A stretch of DNA of 64,000 bases, from the NCBI GenBank assembly GCA_028534125.1, contig CM052817.1:78804001-78868000 (forward strand). The letters are read 5' to 3'. Positions 10,655 to 24,879 of the stretch are shown here, piece after piece. The notes under the pieces were generated by a model. It saw only the letters and a program-made list of their open reading frames with translations. It searched no databases and was not told where the DNA came from. The position numbers were made by a program, and so were the translations under genes. This DNA comes from Lama glama. Taxonomy: Eukaryota. Position 1 is the stretch's first letter; the number at the start of each line of letters is the position of its first letter.

Positions 10655-13600
10655 ATTTTTATTGGGATATAATTGACTTACAGGGCTGTGTAAGTTTAAG
10701 GTGTACAGCATAATGGTTTGACTTACATATATTGTGCAAAAATTGCCACACCAAGTTACATCTAATATCTAACATAGATACAAAAAAAAATTTCCATGTA
10801 ATGAGAACTTTTAGCAACTTTCTATTAGCAACTTTCAAATACACCATACAGCAGTGTTAACTGCAGTCATCATGTTGTATATTACATCTGAGCACTTATT
10901 TATCTTATAACTGGAAGTTTGTAACACCTTAGTCAAATTCCCCTACCCCTTACCCACCTCTGGTAACCACAAATCTGTAATTCTTTTTTTTTTTCAGTTT
11001 GGTTTTTGTTGCTGTTCTTTTAGATTATACATATAAATTTGGTCATATAGTATTTGTCTTTGACTTATTTCACTTAGAATAATGCCCTCAGGTCCACCCA
11101 TGTTGTTCCCCAGTGGTAGGATTTCCTCATTTTATGGCTGAATGGTACTTGATATATACACCCACACACACACATTTTTATCCATTCATCTATCCATGGA
11201 CAATTTAGATTGTTTTCATGTCTCGGTTATTGTGAATAATTCTGTAATAAACATAGGGATGTGGATATCTCTTCAACATAGTGATTTCGTTTTCTTCAGA
11301 TATATACCCAGAAGTGCAAGTGCTGGATCATATGGTAGTTCTAGTTTTAATTTTTTGTTAAAAAATTGTTTTCCATAGTGGTTGCACCAATTTATGTTTC
11401 CTCCAACAGTGCAGAAGGATTCCCTTTTCTCTAACTTCTTTCTTCATTTGTTATCTCTTGTCTTTTTGAGGATGGCCATTCTGACAGGTGTGAGGTAATA
11501 TCTAATTGTGGTTTTAATTTGCATTCCCCTGATGATTAGTAGTGTTAAGCACCTTTTCATGTTACTGGCTGTCTGAATATCTTCTTTGGAAAATGCCTAT
11601 TCAAGTCCTTTGCTCATTTTTAAAAGGGATTACTTGTTTTTCTACTATTGAGTTTTATTTATTCTTTATGTATCTTGAGTATTAACCCCTTATATATATA
11701 TGATTTGTCAATATTCTTCCCCATTCTGTAGGTTTCCTTCTAATTTTCTGAATTTTTTCTTTTGCTGTATAGAATCTTTTTAGTTTGATACAGTCCTATT
11801 TGTTTTTTGTTTGTTTTCTTGCTTGTACTTCAGGTATCCTATCCAAGAAAATCACTGTCAAGACCCATATCAAGAGACTTTTTCTGTATGTTTTTCTCCA
11901 AGAGTTTTATGGCTTCCAGTCTAACATTTAAGGCTTTATTTTGAGTTATTTTTTGTTAGTGGTGTGGGTTTCAATCTTTCACAGATGAATATTTAATTTT
12001 CACAACACCATTTATTGAAGAGACTTTTCTCTACTGAGTATTCTTGGTTTCCTTGTCAAGTATTAGTTAACAGTATAAGCTGGGGTTCATTTCTCAGCTT
12101 TCAATTCTGTTCCGTTGATCGGCGTCCATTTTTATGCCAGTACAATACAGTTTTGATTAGCTTTGTAATATGGTTTGAATTCAGCAAATGTATGTCTCCA
12201 GCTTTGTTCTTCTTTCTCAGAATGGCTTTGGCTATTCAGTCTTTTGTGGTTACATACAAACTTTAGGATTGTTTGTTCTACTTCTGTAAAAACAAAAACA
12301 ATGCTGTTAGAATCTTAATAAGGATTGAATCAAATCTATAGATGGCTTTGTGTAGTATGGAAATTTAAACAATATTAATTCTTTCAATTTACAAACATGA
12401 GATATCTTTCCATTTACTTGAGCCTTCAATTTCTTATATCAAATTCTTGTCGCTTTTAGTGTACAGATCTTTCATCTCTTGTTTAATTTATTCCTAAGTA
12501 TTTTATTGTTTTTATTCTATTGTAAATGTGATCATTTATTTCTTTTTCAGATATTCATCATTGGTGTATAGAAACAATACTGATTTTTGCATGTTACTTT
12601 TGTATCCTGCAACTTTACTGAATTTGTTATTAGATCTAACAGGTTTTTTGGTGGAGTCTTCAGCATTTTCCATATATAAAATCATGTCATCTCCAATTCG
12701 GACAATTTTACTTCTTCCTTATCAATTTGGATGCCTTTTATTTCTTTTTCACTTTCTTTCTTTTGTTTTTTGTTTGTTTTTGCCTGGCTGCTCTTTCCAG
12801 GACTCCCAATTCTGTTGAATAAAAGTGATGAGAGACATCCTTGTCTTGTTAATGATCTTAAATAACTTTAAGCTTTTCACTGTTGAGTATTTTGTTAGCT
12901 GTGGACTTGTCATATATGGCTTTTATTATTTTGGAGGTTTGTTCCCTCTATACTCATTTTATTGAGAGAGTCTATCATAAATGAATGTTTAATTTTGCCC
13001 AATGCTTTTCTCTAAATCTATTGAGATGATCATATGGTTTTTACTCTTGATTTGTTAGTATGGTGTATCAAATTGATTTGTACATATTAAACTGAACTTG
13101 AATACCTGGAATAAATTCCACTTTATCATAGTGTATAATCCTTTTAATGGGCTGCTAAATTTGGTTTGCTAATATTTTATTGAGGATTTTTATATCTATG
13201 CTTATCAGGGAGATTGGTCTGTAATTTTCTTGTAGTTTCCTTGTCTGGTGTTGGCATCAGGGTAATTCTGGCTTCATAAAATGTGTTTTTGAAAGTGATC
13301 CCTCCTCTTCTATTTTTTGGAAGATTTTTTTAAAAATTGGCATTAATTCTCTTTAATGTTTGGTAGAATTCACCAGTGAAGCTATCTGGTCCTGGAATTT
13401 TGTTTTTGATCCCTGATTTGATATCCTTAATTGAAATTGATCTGTTCAGATCTTCTATTTCCTCATGATTTAATCTAGGTAGGTTGGATATTTCTAAGAA
13501 TTTATCTATTTCTTCTGGGTTGTCCAGTTTGTTGGCATATAATTGCTTGTAGTAGTCTCTTATGATTCTTTGTATTTCTGTGGTATCACTTGTCATATCT

Positions 13601-14057
13601 TCTCCTTTATTTATAATTTTGTTGATTTGGGTCTTTTTTTTTGTTGGTTAGTCTAGTTAAAAGTTTGTCAGTTATGTATATCTTTTCAAAGAAGCAAGAC
13701 AAGTTTGTTAATTCTATTTCTTTTTCTATTCTGTAAGTTATTTATTTCTACTATAACCTTTATTATTTCTTTCCTTCTGATAGCTTATACATAGTGTGTT
13801 CTTTTTCTAGTTACTTGAGGTTTAAGGTTATGTTGTTTGAGATCCTTCAATTTTCTTGTGTATGTACTTATAGCTATAAACTTCCTTCTTAGAACTAGTT
13901 TTGCAGCATCCAGTAAGTTTTGGTATGTTGTGTTTGCAAGTTTCCTTGTCTCAAGATACTTGATTTGGCCTTTAATTTCTTTCTTTATCCATTAGTTGTT
14001 CAGGAGACTGCTGTTTAATTTCCTTGTATTCATAAGTTTTCCAGTTTTCCTTCTGTT
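10655..14057 (-). mobile_element. LINE-1 (L1MA-like) 3' UTR and ORF2; left part of a host split by a nested L1
   Basis: L1MA-type 3' end; ORF2 fragment TTEIQRIIRDYYKQLYANKLDN...[13 protein letters not shown] (13330-13596). Confidence 0.9.
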
Positions 14058-15520
14058 CTTTTTTCCATTTCTGTGGTTTGTTTTTAATTGAAGTATAGTT
14101 GATTTATGATATTGTATTAGTTTCAGATGTACAGCATAGAGATATAGTTAATTTTTCTGATTATATTCCATTATAGTTTATTACAAAATAACGTAATTCC
14201 CTGTGCTATACAGGAAATCCTTGTTGCTTATCTATTTTGTATATAGTAGTTTGTATTTGTTAATCCCATACTCCTAATTTACCTCTCCTCCCTTCTTTCT
14301 CCCCTTTGGTAACTGAGTTTGTTTTCTATGTCTGTGTATGTTTCTATGGCTATTTATGTTTTGTATATAGATTTATTTGTATTAGTTTTTAGATTCCACA
14401 TATAAATGATATCATATAATATTTGTCTTTCTCTGTGTGACTTACTTCACTTAGTATGATAATCTCTAGTTCCATCCATGTTGCTGCAAATGGCAATATT
14501 TCATTCTTTTTAATAGCTAAGTAGTATTCCATTGTATATATATACACCACATCTTTTTATCCATTCATTTGTTGATGGGCCCTTGGGTTGATTCCATGTC
14601 TTGGCTATTATAAATAGTGCTGCTATGAGTATTGAGGTGCATATAGCTTTTCAAATTAGAGTTTTAATTTTTTCCTGATGTATATATCCAGGAGTGGGAT
14701 TATTGGATCATATGGTAGCTCTATTTTTATTTTTTAAGAAACCTCCAAACTGTTTTCTACAGTGGCTGCACCAAATTACATTTCCACCAACAGTGTACAA
14801 GGGTTCCCTTTTTACCATACCCTCTCCAGTGTTTAATATATGTAGACTTTTTGATGATAGCCATTCTGATCAGTGTAAGATGATACCTCATTGTGGTTTC
14901 AATTTGCATTTCTCTAATACTTAGCCATGTTGAGTATCTTTCTCATGTGCTTGTTGGCCATCTGCGTGTCTTATTTTGCAAAAGTCTATTTAGATCCTCT
15001 GCTCATTTTTTACTTGGGTTGTTTGTTTTTTTCAACATTGAGTTGTATGAGCTGTTTGTGTATTTCAAATACTAACCCCTTGTTGGTTGCATCATTTATA
15101 AATATTTTCTCCCATTCCATAGGTTTTTTTTTCATTTTGTTTGTAGTTGCCATTGCTGTGCAAAAGCTTGTAAATTTGATTGGTCCCATTTGTTTATTTT
15201 TGCTTTTATTTATTGTGCCTAGGGAGACTGATCTAGGAAAACATTGCTATGATTTATGCCAGAGAATATTTTTCCTATGCTCTCTTCTAGGAGTTTTATT
15301 GTGTCATGTCTTAATATTTAGGTCTTTAAACCATTTTGAGTTTACTTTTGTATATGATGTGAGGGAGTGTTCTCATTTCATTGAATTACATATAGCTGTC
15401 CAGCTTTCTCTATACTACTTGTTAAAGAGACTGTCTTTTCTCCATTGTATATTCTTGCCAATGTTGTCATGGTTTACTTCACTGTAGGTGCATGGGTTTA
15501 TTTCTGGACCCTCTATTCTG

Positions 15521-15612
15521 TTTTGTTTTTTTTCATTGGAGATACTGGGTATTGAATCCAGGACCTCTTGCATGCTAAGCATGTGCTCTACCACTGAACT
15601 ATACCTATTCCC
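15521..15612 (-). mobile_element. tRNA-derived SINE (camelid Vic-1-like) inserted in L1
   Basis: Reverse complement reads GGTATAGTTCAGTGGTAGAGCACATGCTTAGCATGCAAGAGGTCCTGGATTCAATACCCAGTATCTCCA plus A tail; TSD CCCTCTATTCTGTT (15509-15522) / CCTTCTATTCTATT (15611-15624). Confidence 0.9.
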
Positions 15613-18379
15613 TTCTATTCTATTGTTTAGATATATATGTCTGTTTTGTGCAACATACTACACTGTTTTGATTACTGTAGTTTTGTAGTATGGTCTGAAC
15701 TCTGAAAGAATTGTACTTCCAGCTTTGTTCTTTTTCCTCAGAATTGCTTTCCAATTTGGGGCCTTTTGTTGTTCCGCATCAATTTTAAGATTATTCTAAT
15801 TCTGTGCAAAATTTCATGGGTATTGTGATAGGTATTGCATTAAATCTGTGGATTGCTTTGGGTAGTATGATCATTTTAATTGTATTAGCTCTTACAATCC
15901 AAGAGCACAAGATATGTTTCCATTTATTTGAATCATCTTCAATTTATTATCATTTTATAGTTTTCAGCATATAGGTCTTTCACCTCCAAGGATGTTTATT
16001 CCTAGGCATTTTATTTTTTGATTCAATTTTAAATGGGATTTTTATTTTTTACTTTCTGATATTTCATTATTAGTGTAAAGAAATGCAAAAAAGATCTGTA
16101 TATTAATATTGTATCCTACTACCTTGCTAAATTCATTTATTTGTTCTAATAGGTTTGTGTAGAGACTTTAGGGTTCACTATATAGAATATCATGTCTTGT
16201 GCATACAGTGACAGTTTTACCTCTTCTCTTCCAATTTGGATATGTTTTATTTCTTTTTCTTGTCTGACTGCTGTGGCTAAGACTTCCAAAACTATGTTGA
16301 TTAGAAGTGACTTGCCTTGTTCCTGAATTTAGTCAGAAGGCTTTCAGGTTTTCATTGTTGAGTCTGATGTTAGCTGCAGGTTTGTTGTAAATTGACTTTA
16401 TTATGTTGAGATATGGTCCCTATATTCCCCCTTTGGTAAGAGTTTTTATACATGGATGTTGAATTTTGTCAAATGCTTTTTTTTGCATCTATTAAAATAA
16501 TTTGGTTTTATCTTTCCTTTTGTTAATGTGGTGTATCACATATATTGGTTTGCACACGTTGCCTCATCCTAGTAACCATGGAATGAGTCCAACGTGATTA
16601 TGCTATACGATTCTTTTTATGTACCATTGGATTCAGTCTAGTAGTGTGTTAAGGATTTTGAGATCTATATTCATCAAAGATATTGGCATCTAATTTTCTG
16701 TTTCTCTAGTGTCTCATTTTGGTATTAGGGTGATGGTGACCTCATACACTAGATCTAAGAATGTTTCATCATCTTCATTTTTCTGGAAAAGTTTGAGAAG
16801 GACAGGTATAAGTTCTTTTTTGTATATTTGATGGATTCCCCAGTGAAGTCATTCAGTCCTGGACTTTGCAGGTAGTTTTATTACAGATTCTATTTTACTT
16901 ATAGTGATTGGTCTGTTCAAATCATCTGTTTCTTCTAGACTCAGTATTGGCAGACTCTGTTTCTAAAAACATGTCCATTTCTTCTGGTTGTCCAGTGTGT
17001 TGGCATCTAACTATTCACAGTATTTTCTTATGAATTGCTTGTATTTCTGTGGTATCAGTTGTTATTTATCCTCTTTTATTTCTTATTTTGTTTATTTGGG
17101 CCCTCTTTATTTTATTCTTGGTGAGTCTGGCTAGAGGATTGTCAGTTTTGTTTATCTTTTCAAAAAAAAAAAACAAAAACCAGTTCTTGGTCTTACTCAT
17201 TTTTCTCTAGAGGTTTTTTTTTTTGGATCATTATTTCCTCTCTGAATTTTAATATTTCCATCCTTCTGCTGACTTTGGGATTTGCTTATTCTTCTTTGTT
17301 TAATTTTTTAGATGATAGTTTAGGTTGTTTATTTGAGATTTTTCTTGTTCTTGAAGAAGGTCTGTATCACTATGAACTTCCCTCTTAGAACAGCTTTTGC
17401 TGTATCTCATAGAATTTTGTAAGGTTGTGTCTTCATTGCCATTTATCTCAAGGTATTTTATGATTTCTTCTTTGATTTTATCATTGACCAATGGTTTTTT
17501 AGTAACATGTTGTTTAGTCTCCATGTGTTTATTCTGCTCCTGTTTTTTCATTTTGTGGTTGATTTCTAATTTCATACTGTTGTGGTCACAAAAGATGCTT
17601 GAAATAATTTCTATCCTTTAGAATTTGTTGTGGCTTGTTTTGTGACATAGTATGTGGTCTATCCTAGAGAATGTTCCATACACCCTTGAAAAGTATATGC
17701 ATTGTGAGTTTTTTTATTGTTTGTCTTTGATGTAGTATCCTGTAGCTATCAATTAAGTCCATTTAGTCTGTTGTGTCATTTAATACCACTGTTGCCTTAT
17801 TGATTTTCTTTCTGGATGATCTGTCCATTGATGTCAGAGGGGTGTTAAAGTCTTCTACTATTATTGTATTATTTTCCATTTTTCCTTTTATGGCTGCTAG
17901 TACTTGTTTTGTATATTTAGGTGCTCCTATATTGAGTGTGTATATGTTAACAAGTATAATATTCTCTTCTTACATTTATCCCTTTATTTATTGTATTATT
18001 ATTATCCGTTCTTTGTCTTCCTTTATGGACTTTCTTTTAAAATCTGTTTTGTCTGATAGGAGTACTGCTACCCCTCGTTTCCGGTCATTTCCATTTTCAT
18101 GAAATAGCTTTTTCCAACCCCTCACTTTCAGTCTGAGTGTCTTTTTCCCTAAAGTGAGAGTCTCTTGTATGCAGCTTATTGAAGTTCTTGTTTTTTTATC
18201 CAAACATCCATTTTATCTTTTGATCAGAGCATTCAGTCCATTGATATTTAAAGTAATTTTTGATACACATGTGTTTATTGCCATTTTATTACTTGTTTTC
18301 TAATTTTTTGGTACTTCTTTTTCATTTCTTTTTGATTTTCCTTTTGTGGTTTAATGATTTTCCTTTGCAGTATGCTTGA

Positions 18380-18380
18380 G

Positions 18381-18412
<32 letters not shown>

Positions 18413-18417
18413 TTTTG
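18380..18417. repeat. (CT)n-T microsatellite
   Basis: CT dinucleotide run followed by poly-T. Confidence 0.9.
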
Positions 18418-21105
18418 GTTTGTTTTTGGTTTTTGTGAACTATTGCATATTTTTAGTTTGTAGATACCATGGAGTTCAAGTATATTGACCCATATCTGTA
18501 TCTACTTGCTTTAAATTGATAGTCATTCAAATTCAAACACTCTAAAATATCTAAACTTTTTTACTCCCCTTCTCTACATTTTGTGATTTTGGTATTCTAC
18601 TTTACATCTTCATGCTTATCCTTTTACTGTTGTTGTACTTATAATCACTTTTACAAAATTTCTTATTGTTTTTTAATCTACATCCTGGCTTAAGTTACTA
18701 TCGATCCTTTTATATAGTTGCCTTTCCTATTGTGATTTTCCCCTTTCCTATAGCTTTTTGCTTCTTTACTATGTAGAGAAGATGCTTTACTATTTCCTTT
18801 TGAATAGGTCTAGTGTTGCTGAGTTCTTTTAGTTTTTGTTTGTCTGAGAAATTCTTTATTTTTCCTCTATTCTAAATAGTAATCTTCCTGGGTAGAATAT
18901 CCTCAGTTGCAGGTTCTTCCCCTTCAGGACTTTGAATATTACTATGCCATTCCCTTCTGGCCTATAAAGTTTCTGCAGAGAATCAGCTGATAGCCTTATG
19001 GAGGTTCCTTTTTAACTCTTTGTTCTTCTCTTGCCACCTGTAGAATCTTGTCTTTATCTTTCATTTTTGCCATTTTAATTATGATATGTCTTGGTGTGGT
19101 CTGTTTGGGTTCATCATGTTTGAGACCCTCTGTGCTTTCTGTACCTGGCTATCTGCTTCCTTCTTAAATTTGGGAAGTTTCAGCCATAATTTCTTCAAAT
19201 ACATTTTTAAAATCTCTCTCTTTTCTCCTTCTGGAACCCTCATTATGCATAGTTTGGCATGTTTTATATTATTCTATATGTCTCATGTTGCTTTCATTTT
19301 CAATTTGTCTTTCTGTCTGCTGTTCTGATTGGGTGATTTCCATTGTTCTATCTCCAAATCAATTACTCATTCTTCTTTGTCATTTAATCTACTATTCATT
19401 GATTCTAGATTAATTTTTATTTCAGCAATTGAATTGTCATTTTTTTTGACTGGTTCATCTGTATGGGTTCTAGTTCACCGTTACAGTGATCTGCATTTCT
19501 ATTGATAATCTTTCTTTATTCAGTTAGAATTTTTATTACCACCTTTTGAACTTGCAGTCTAGTAGACTGGTGAGCTCTGTTTTATTATTTGTTCTTTCAG
19601 GGGATTTGTTCTTTCAGGGAATTTCTTTTAACTGGTAATATTTCTTCTGCATTTTTATTTTACATAACTTTCTCTGCCTCTATGAATTTAGGAGAAACTG
19701 TTATCTACTGTGGTCTTGAAGGGGTGTTTTTATGTGGGAGCATCTGTGTGTAGCTTATATGTGTCCAAAGTCTTTGGTGCAAGGCTGTTTTAGGTATGGA
19801 CTCTGGGCACACATTTCCTCAGTATGTGCTGGACATTATACCTTGATAGGGTATGGTTGATGCAGGGGCATTTAGAGTCTATGCAGGTTGTAATGCAGGG
19901 CTTTCTCTGTTCCATGACTGTCACTGCCTTGTCAAAGATGGGGTCTGCTCCCCAACTTTTGGAACAGAAGCTCTGAGGGTCAAGTTCTTTCAGTCATCAT
20001 TGTCCTTGAGTGTGTGCTCTTTCCCAAATGAGTTGACTGCTAAAACAGATGAGGATTGTGCGGTTACAGAGGACCTATGCTCCACCTATATAGGTGTCTG
20101 CAGTTCCACTCAGAGGCAACCCAAGATTGTATCCCTTTTTCTGTTGTGTTTGTCCCAGATCTAGTGCAAATCTGTGCTGTGGAGTTGGCCAGGGCTGAGA
20201 GTCAGGGAGTTGTGCCACAGGAAATTAGGTGGCTGTACGGCAACCTGAAATTTAGGCTACCTCTCTAGCAGGCTTATCCCAGGACTCGTCTGCCCAGATC
20301 TAGTGCTAAGTTCCAGTGTGGAGTGGGTTGAGCTGGGCTGCTCTCACTGGGAGATGGACTGCTGCATACTTTTTAGCATGCTTTCAGTGGCCACAGTCAC
20401 GCTACCTGGACCATGCCCCAGGCCCTCCAGGCTATCTCTCTGTAGCTAGATAGAGTCCTGTCTGCCCAAAATTCAGTGCATAGTCCCGTCCTGCTTTTGT
20501 TGCAGAACCTCATGCACATCCTGACAATGGCCACATTCTCCCCACCTGGATCACACCCCAGGCACTCCAGTATGTCTCTATGCAGCTAGAATAAGTCTCT
20601 TTCCAGATCAGAACATCTTCTCAGGTGTTCCTGCATTAGGTTTGAGGAGTGCAGTGAGGCAGCAGCTGCCAGTGTAAAGTTCCCTCTGCCTTTATTGTTG
20701 GCAAGCCAACATAAGCATGCTCCTTGAAAGTGGAGTCTATGCTTCTCCACCCTTCTGTCTGTCCCAGCGGATTTCCAGCAAGCAAGGGGGCTTATCTACT
20801 CCACACAGAACCCCAGGACTGGGATGCCCAGATTGTTGCTTGACTTGGTCTTTCTCCAGGGTCATGTCCAGCTGTGTAGACCTTCTCTTCCGTATAGATT
20901 CGTCATAGAGGCTGAGGTCCCAACCCGATGCCTTTTATTTCCATCCTACCCATTGAGATCTTTTTTGCAACTTTAGTTGTATGAGTTCTTCTGCAGGTTT
21001 CCAGTTTCCCATGATAATTGTTCCACATGTAGATGTATTTTTGATGTGTATTTTGATGGTGGGAGGTGAGCTCCATGTCTTCTACACCACCATCTTGCTT
21101 TCCCT

Positions 21106-22370
21106 CCTTCTCTTGTTATTGATTTCATGACATTATGGTCAGAGAACATATCTGGTATGATTTCAGTCTTCTTGAATTTGCCAAGACTTGTTTGTGGCCT
21201 AACATATGGTCTATTCTAGAAAATGTTCCATGTGCTTAAAAAGAATGTATATTCTGTTGCTGGACAGAATTTTCTGTATGTGTTTATTAGGTTCATTTGT
21301 CTGTAGTTGTTCAAATCTGATGTTTCCTAACTGATTCTCTTTCTGGAAAATTTAGCCATTGTTGAGAATGGGGATATTAAAGTCCCCAACTATTACTGTA
21401 TTGCTGTTTATTTCTCCTTTTAGTTCTGTTACCATTTGTTTTATATATTTGGTTGCTGTCATGTTGGGTGAATATTTATGATTGTTACATATTTTTGATG
21501 GACCCCTTTATTATTATTTAGTGACTTTGTCTCTTACGATTTTTAGTTTAGGGTCTATTTTGTCTGATATGATTATAGCTACTATTGCTTTTTGTTTATC
21601 TTCTTCCATTCCTGTAATTTCAGTCTTTGTGTGCCTTTAAAGCTAAAGTGAGTCTTTTGTAGATAATCATTGGATCTTGGTTTTTTGTTTTGTTTTGTTT
21701 TTAGCCATTCAGCCGTTCTGTGTCTTTTTATTGGAGAATTTATCCATTTATGTTTAAAATAATTATTGACAGGTAAGGGTGTATTATTGTCATTTTGTTC
21801 ATTGTTTACCTTTTTTTTCTTTTTGGAGATCCATTATTTCTTCTTATCTTGAGGCTTATGTAAAATATTTTAAAATTATAATAGCCTATTTTAGACCAAG
21901 TTAACAACTTAACTTTGATAGCATTACTAACCTTTACACTTCGCCCCTTACATTTTAGGTTGTTGATATTATTGTTTACATATATTTTATATGGTGTACC
22001 TAATAACAGATTATTTTAGTTATCATACTTTTCAATAATTTTTTAACTTTTTAACTAGAGTTGTAAGTGAAGTACATTATCATTACCATATTAGAGAATC
22101 TAACTTTGACTATATCTTTACAATTACTGGTAAATTTTACACTACTTTTATATGTGTTTACAAAGTCAATTAGCATCCTTTTATTTCCATTCAAGGAACT
22201 CCCTTTAGGATGTCTTTTAAGTCAGGACTAGTAGTGCTGAACTCCTTTAGCTTTTTTGTTTGTTTGGGTAAGCCTTGATCATTTATGAAGAATAGCTTTG
22301 CTGGGCATAGTGTTCTTAGTTGACTTTTTTCTCAATATTTTGAATATATTATCACATACCTTTATTATAG
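21106..22370 (-). mobile_element. LINE-1 host, right part (ORF2 endonuclease, inter-ORF, ORF1 3' end)
   Basis: Continues the ORF2 sequence interrupted at 14057. Confidence 0.85.
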
Positions 22371-23062
22371 TTTAAGTTTTTAATTCTTGTTTTCCTTCCC
22401 ATCCTCTGTCTTTTGCCCTTTTTTGGGGCACATCTATTCTTCCTTGGGTACTTGTAATTCAGTGTCCATTCTTGAGATTTTTTTGTCTTTCACTTCAGTG
22501 TTTGTCCCTAGTTTGGTTGAATCCATTCATATCTTCCCCTGGTTTTCCATTTCTGTTTTCAGACTTTGAACTTAAAATTTATGCCATTCTCTAATATCAG
22601 CGGTTATGTGTTCAATGATATTAAATTTATTTTGCAAAATTTTGTTAGACTTTCTGTGCCTCATGTTTCCTTTTAGGTTATCATGCACCAAAATGTCTCG
22701 ATAATAATTTTCTGCTATATAATTATCAGAATTTTAGTAGGTGTTGAATGTCTTGTTTTTTCTGTTCATATTTATTTGTGTTGCATTTTCCTGAAACAGC
22801 AATAATAGCAGGAAGGGAGTTTGGGTGACTAACTCAATTCCTTACTTCATGAATGTTCTCTAATTTTGCTACAGTGAGTACAATCTTTTTAATAAATATT
22901 TTTTGTTGTTGCTGTTGCTATTTTGTATTTTTCTTTGTTTGTACATCCTTGATTGTATATTATTTTAGTAGGATATTTTATCTTTACCTCACCTTCTTTT
23001 TTTTTTCCTCAATACCAAACATTCATGGCTACCTCTGTCTTCCAGGGAAGGAACAGTACCCT

Positions 23063-23270
23063 CCTGTAATGGTTATCTATGGCTGCATAATAAATCATTT
23101 CAAAACTTGATGTTTAAAAATAATATTGGCTTAAGATTTTGTGGGTTATCTGGGAAGGGAAGAACTCAACTGGGACAGCTTGTCTGGGCTTCATGTGTTG
23201 TCCCCTGGGTACACTTATGCAAGTGCAGTTTGGGCTGGAGGACCCAAGATGCCTTTGGTGACTTCTGCTA
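23063..23270 (-). mobile_element. Old MLT1-type LTR fragment
   Basis: GTTATCTATGGCTGCATAATAAATCATTTCAAAACTT ... CTGGGACAGCTTGTCT ... GGGCTGGAGGACCCAAGATG. Confidence 0.6.
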
Positions 23271-23689
23271 AGATGACTAATATCTGTATCTGAACACTGT
23301 ATAAATTTTAAAATTTCACATCTTTTTTACTCATAAGAATTTAACCTAAATCCAAGATTTTAAGAATTTCTCAGTTTCAAATAGGAAGTAATTGTTCTTA
23401 TTCCAAAGATGAAAATACAGTGCACATAGAAATTAAGTGGTGCTAAGTCAGCGGAGAAAGAATATCTTCCTTATTAATGTCCCCCAGGTAACAATTAAAC
23501 ATCTACTCAGTGGGTTAAAGATAACTCATTCTTTTTTCCTTGCCTAGGTATAGATTTGGAGTATGTGTTGCCTTGGGAACAAAAGGGAATTTGGTTAGCC
23601 TGTCTGGAAAGTAGGGTATTATCTAGTCAGGTGGCTACAACATCCTTAATTGTTGACAAAGATTTATAGTGTTTCATTAGGATTAAAAT

Positions 23690-23845
23690 CTCTCATTATT
23701 CAAAGTGGTTTGTAAGTCAGCAGTGTTAACATCATCTGGGAGCTTGTTAGAAATACAGAATCTCAAGTCCTATAGGATCATAATCTTCATTTTAATAAGA
23801 TCCATGGTGGATTCCTATGCATATTAAAATTAGGGAGTCACTGGT
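23690..23845. mobile_element. MER5 (hAT-Charlie MITE)
   Basis: CATCATCTGGGAGCTTGTTAGAAATACAGAATCTC ... TTTTAATAAGATCC ... TATGCATATTAAAATTAGGGAGTCACTG. Confidence 0.8.
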
Positions 23846-23979
23846 ATAATCTGTTTTTGAAAGAGCTGAACCTATGGTTAACCCCATAAGAAAGGTGTCT
23901 GTTCAGACATGAGTGCATTTAATCATAACTTATAAAACAGTTTTTTTCAAAATAATGAAGTCTATAAATTGAGTATCAT

Positions 23980-24330
23980 TAAAGACACTGTTAAAATATG
24001 CAGAAATGAAGATAGCCTTTGCCTCTAAGAATGCTATAGAATAGAACAAGAGAAAAAATACAAACATATAATCTCAGTACAAGGCACTTAGGGATGCTTT
24101 CTGTACAAGAGCTACAGATTATAAAGGGAGGGCAGCTCTGAGAGAGATCAAGGAAGACTGCATGTAGGAGTTAGCATTTGAACTGGTTTTACCAAAGATA
24201 AACAGAAGTAAAGCAAAGTAAATTATGGTGAACAAATCCTTAATAGGAAAATGTAAGCTATTTATCTAAAACACAGGGTACATATAAAGGAACATAAACA
24301 AAAGCTAGAAAGGTAAAATAAGACCAGATA
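23980..24330 (-). mobile_element. Decayed L2 3' fragment
   Basis: GCCTTTGCCTCTAAGAATGCTATAG ... ATCAAGGAAGACTGCATGTAGGAGTTAGCATTTGAACTGG, resembling antisense L2. Confidence 0.55.
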
Positions 24331-24404
24331 CATTATAGGTTCCCTCCCAGTTTAGTATTCCCTTCTCATGATAACAACCAGTATCCCAATGTGTAGGGTA
24401 TGTA

Positions 24405-24590
24405 AGCAGTTTGTGGTAAAGGAAATGGATTTTAAAACTAGACCAACTTGGATTGAAATCTTAGTCTTGCCTCTTATTAGATACAGGTCCTTGGCTAAGT
24501 TATTCAACACTTAGCCTCATTGAGCATTAGTTGTATTAATTCATGCATGTAAAATATCTAGCACAATGTCTGGTACACAATTACTCCATA
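24405..24590 (+). mobile_element. MIR fragment
   Basis: AGACCAACTTGGATTGAAATCTTAG ... CCTTGGCTAAGTTATT ... TAGCACAATGTCTGGTACA. Confidence 0.7.
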
Positions 24591-24879
24591 GCATGATTTT
24601 CTCCATGTGGGTTTTGACATCTTGTCAGCTAGGTCACATGCCAAATGGAGCAGTAAAATTTTCAGATGTACCTTGGCCTTCAATTTCTGTGCTCTAGAGT
24701 TCTAGAAATCCCAAGTGGAAATGGAAGAAAAGTAAAGAAAGTATTTCTGTCTCTCCGACAAAAGACAGTACAATTCCCTAACCGGAAGTAATGTAAAATG
24801 CTTCATGCCTTAGGTGTGGAATCATTTGATGTTAGAGGTTCTAACTATAATAAAATATTAAGCCCCAAAGCTGATTTCA

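Larger units (their letters stand above)
14058..21105 (-). mobile_element. Near full-length (~7 kb) degenerate LINE-1 nested in an older L1 ORF2
   Basis: 3' UTR at 14080, ORF2 fragments (17300-17575, EN 17988-18203), ORF1 about 18800-19650, 5' UTR ending in CACCATCTTG near 21090; host resumes at TTGTTATTGATTTC after a CCTTCT..GTT-like duplication. Confidence 0.9.

Noticed and set aside
14927..15487. 186-aa hydrophobic membrane-protein-like ORF (and similar ORFs at 28577, 40412, 17773)
   Set aside because: These are antisense translations of A-rich L1 ORF2, which routinely give Phe/Leu-rich pseudo-ORFs.
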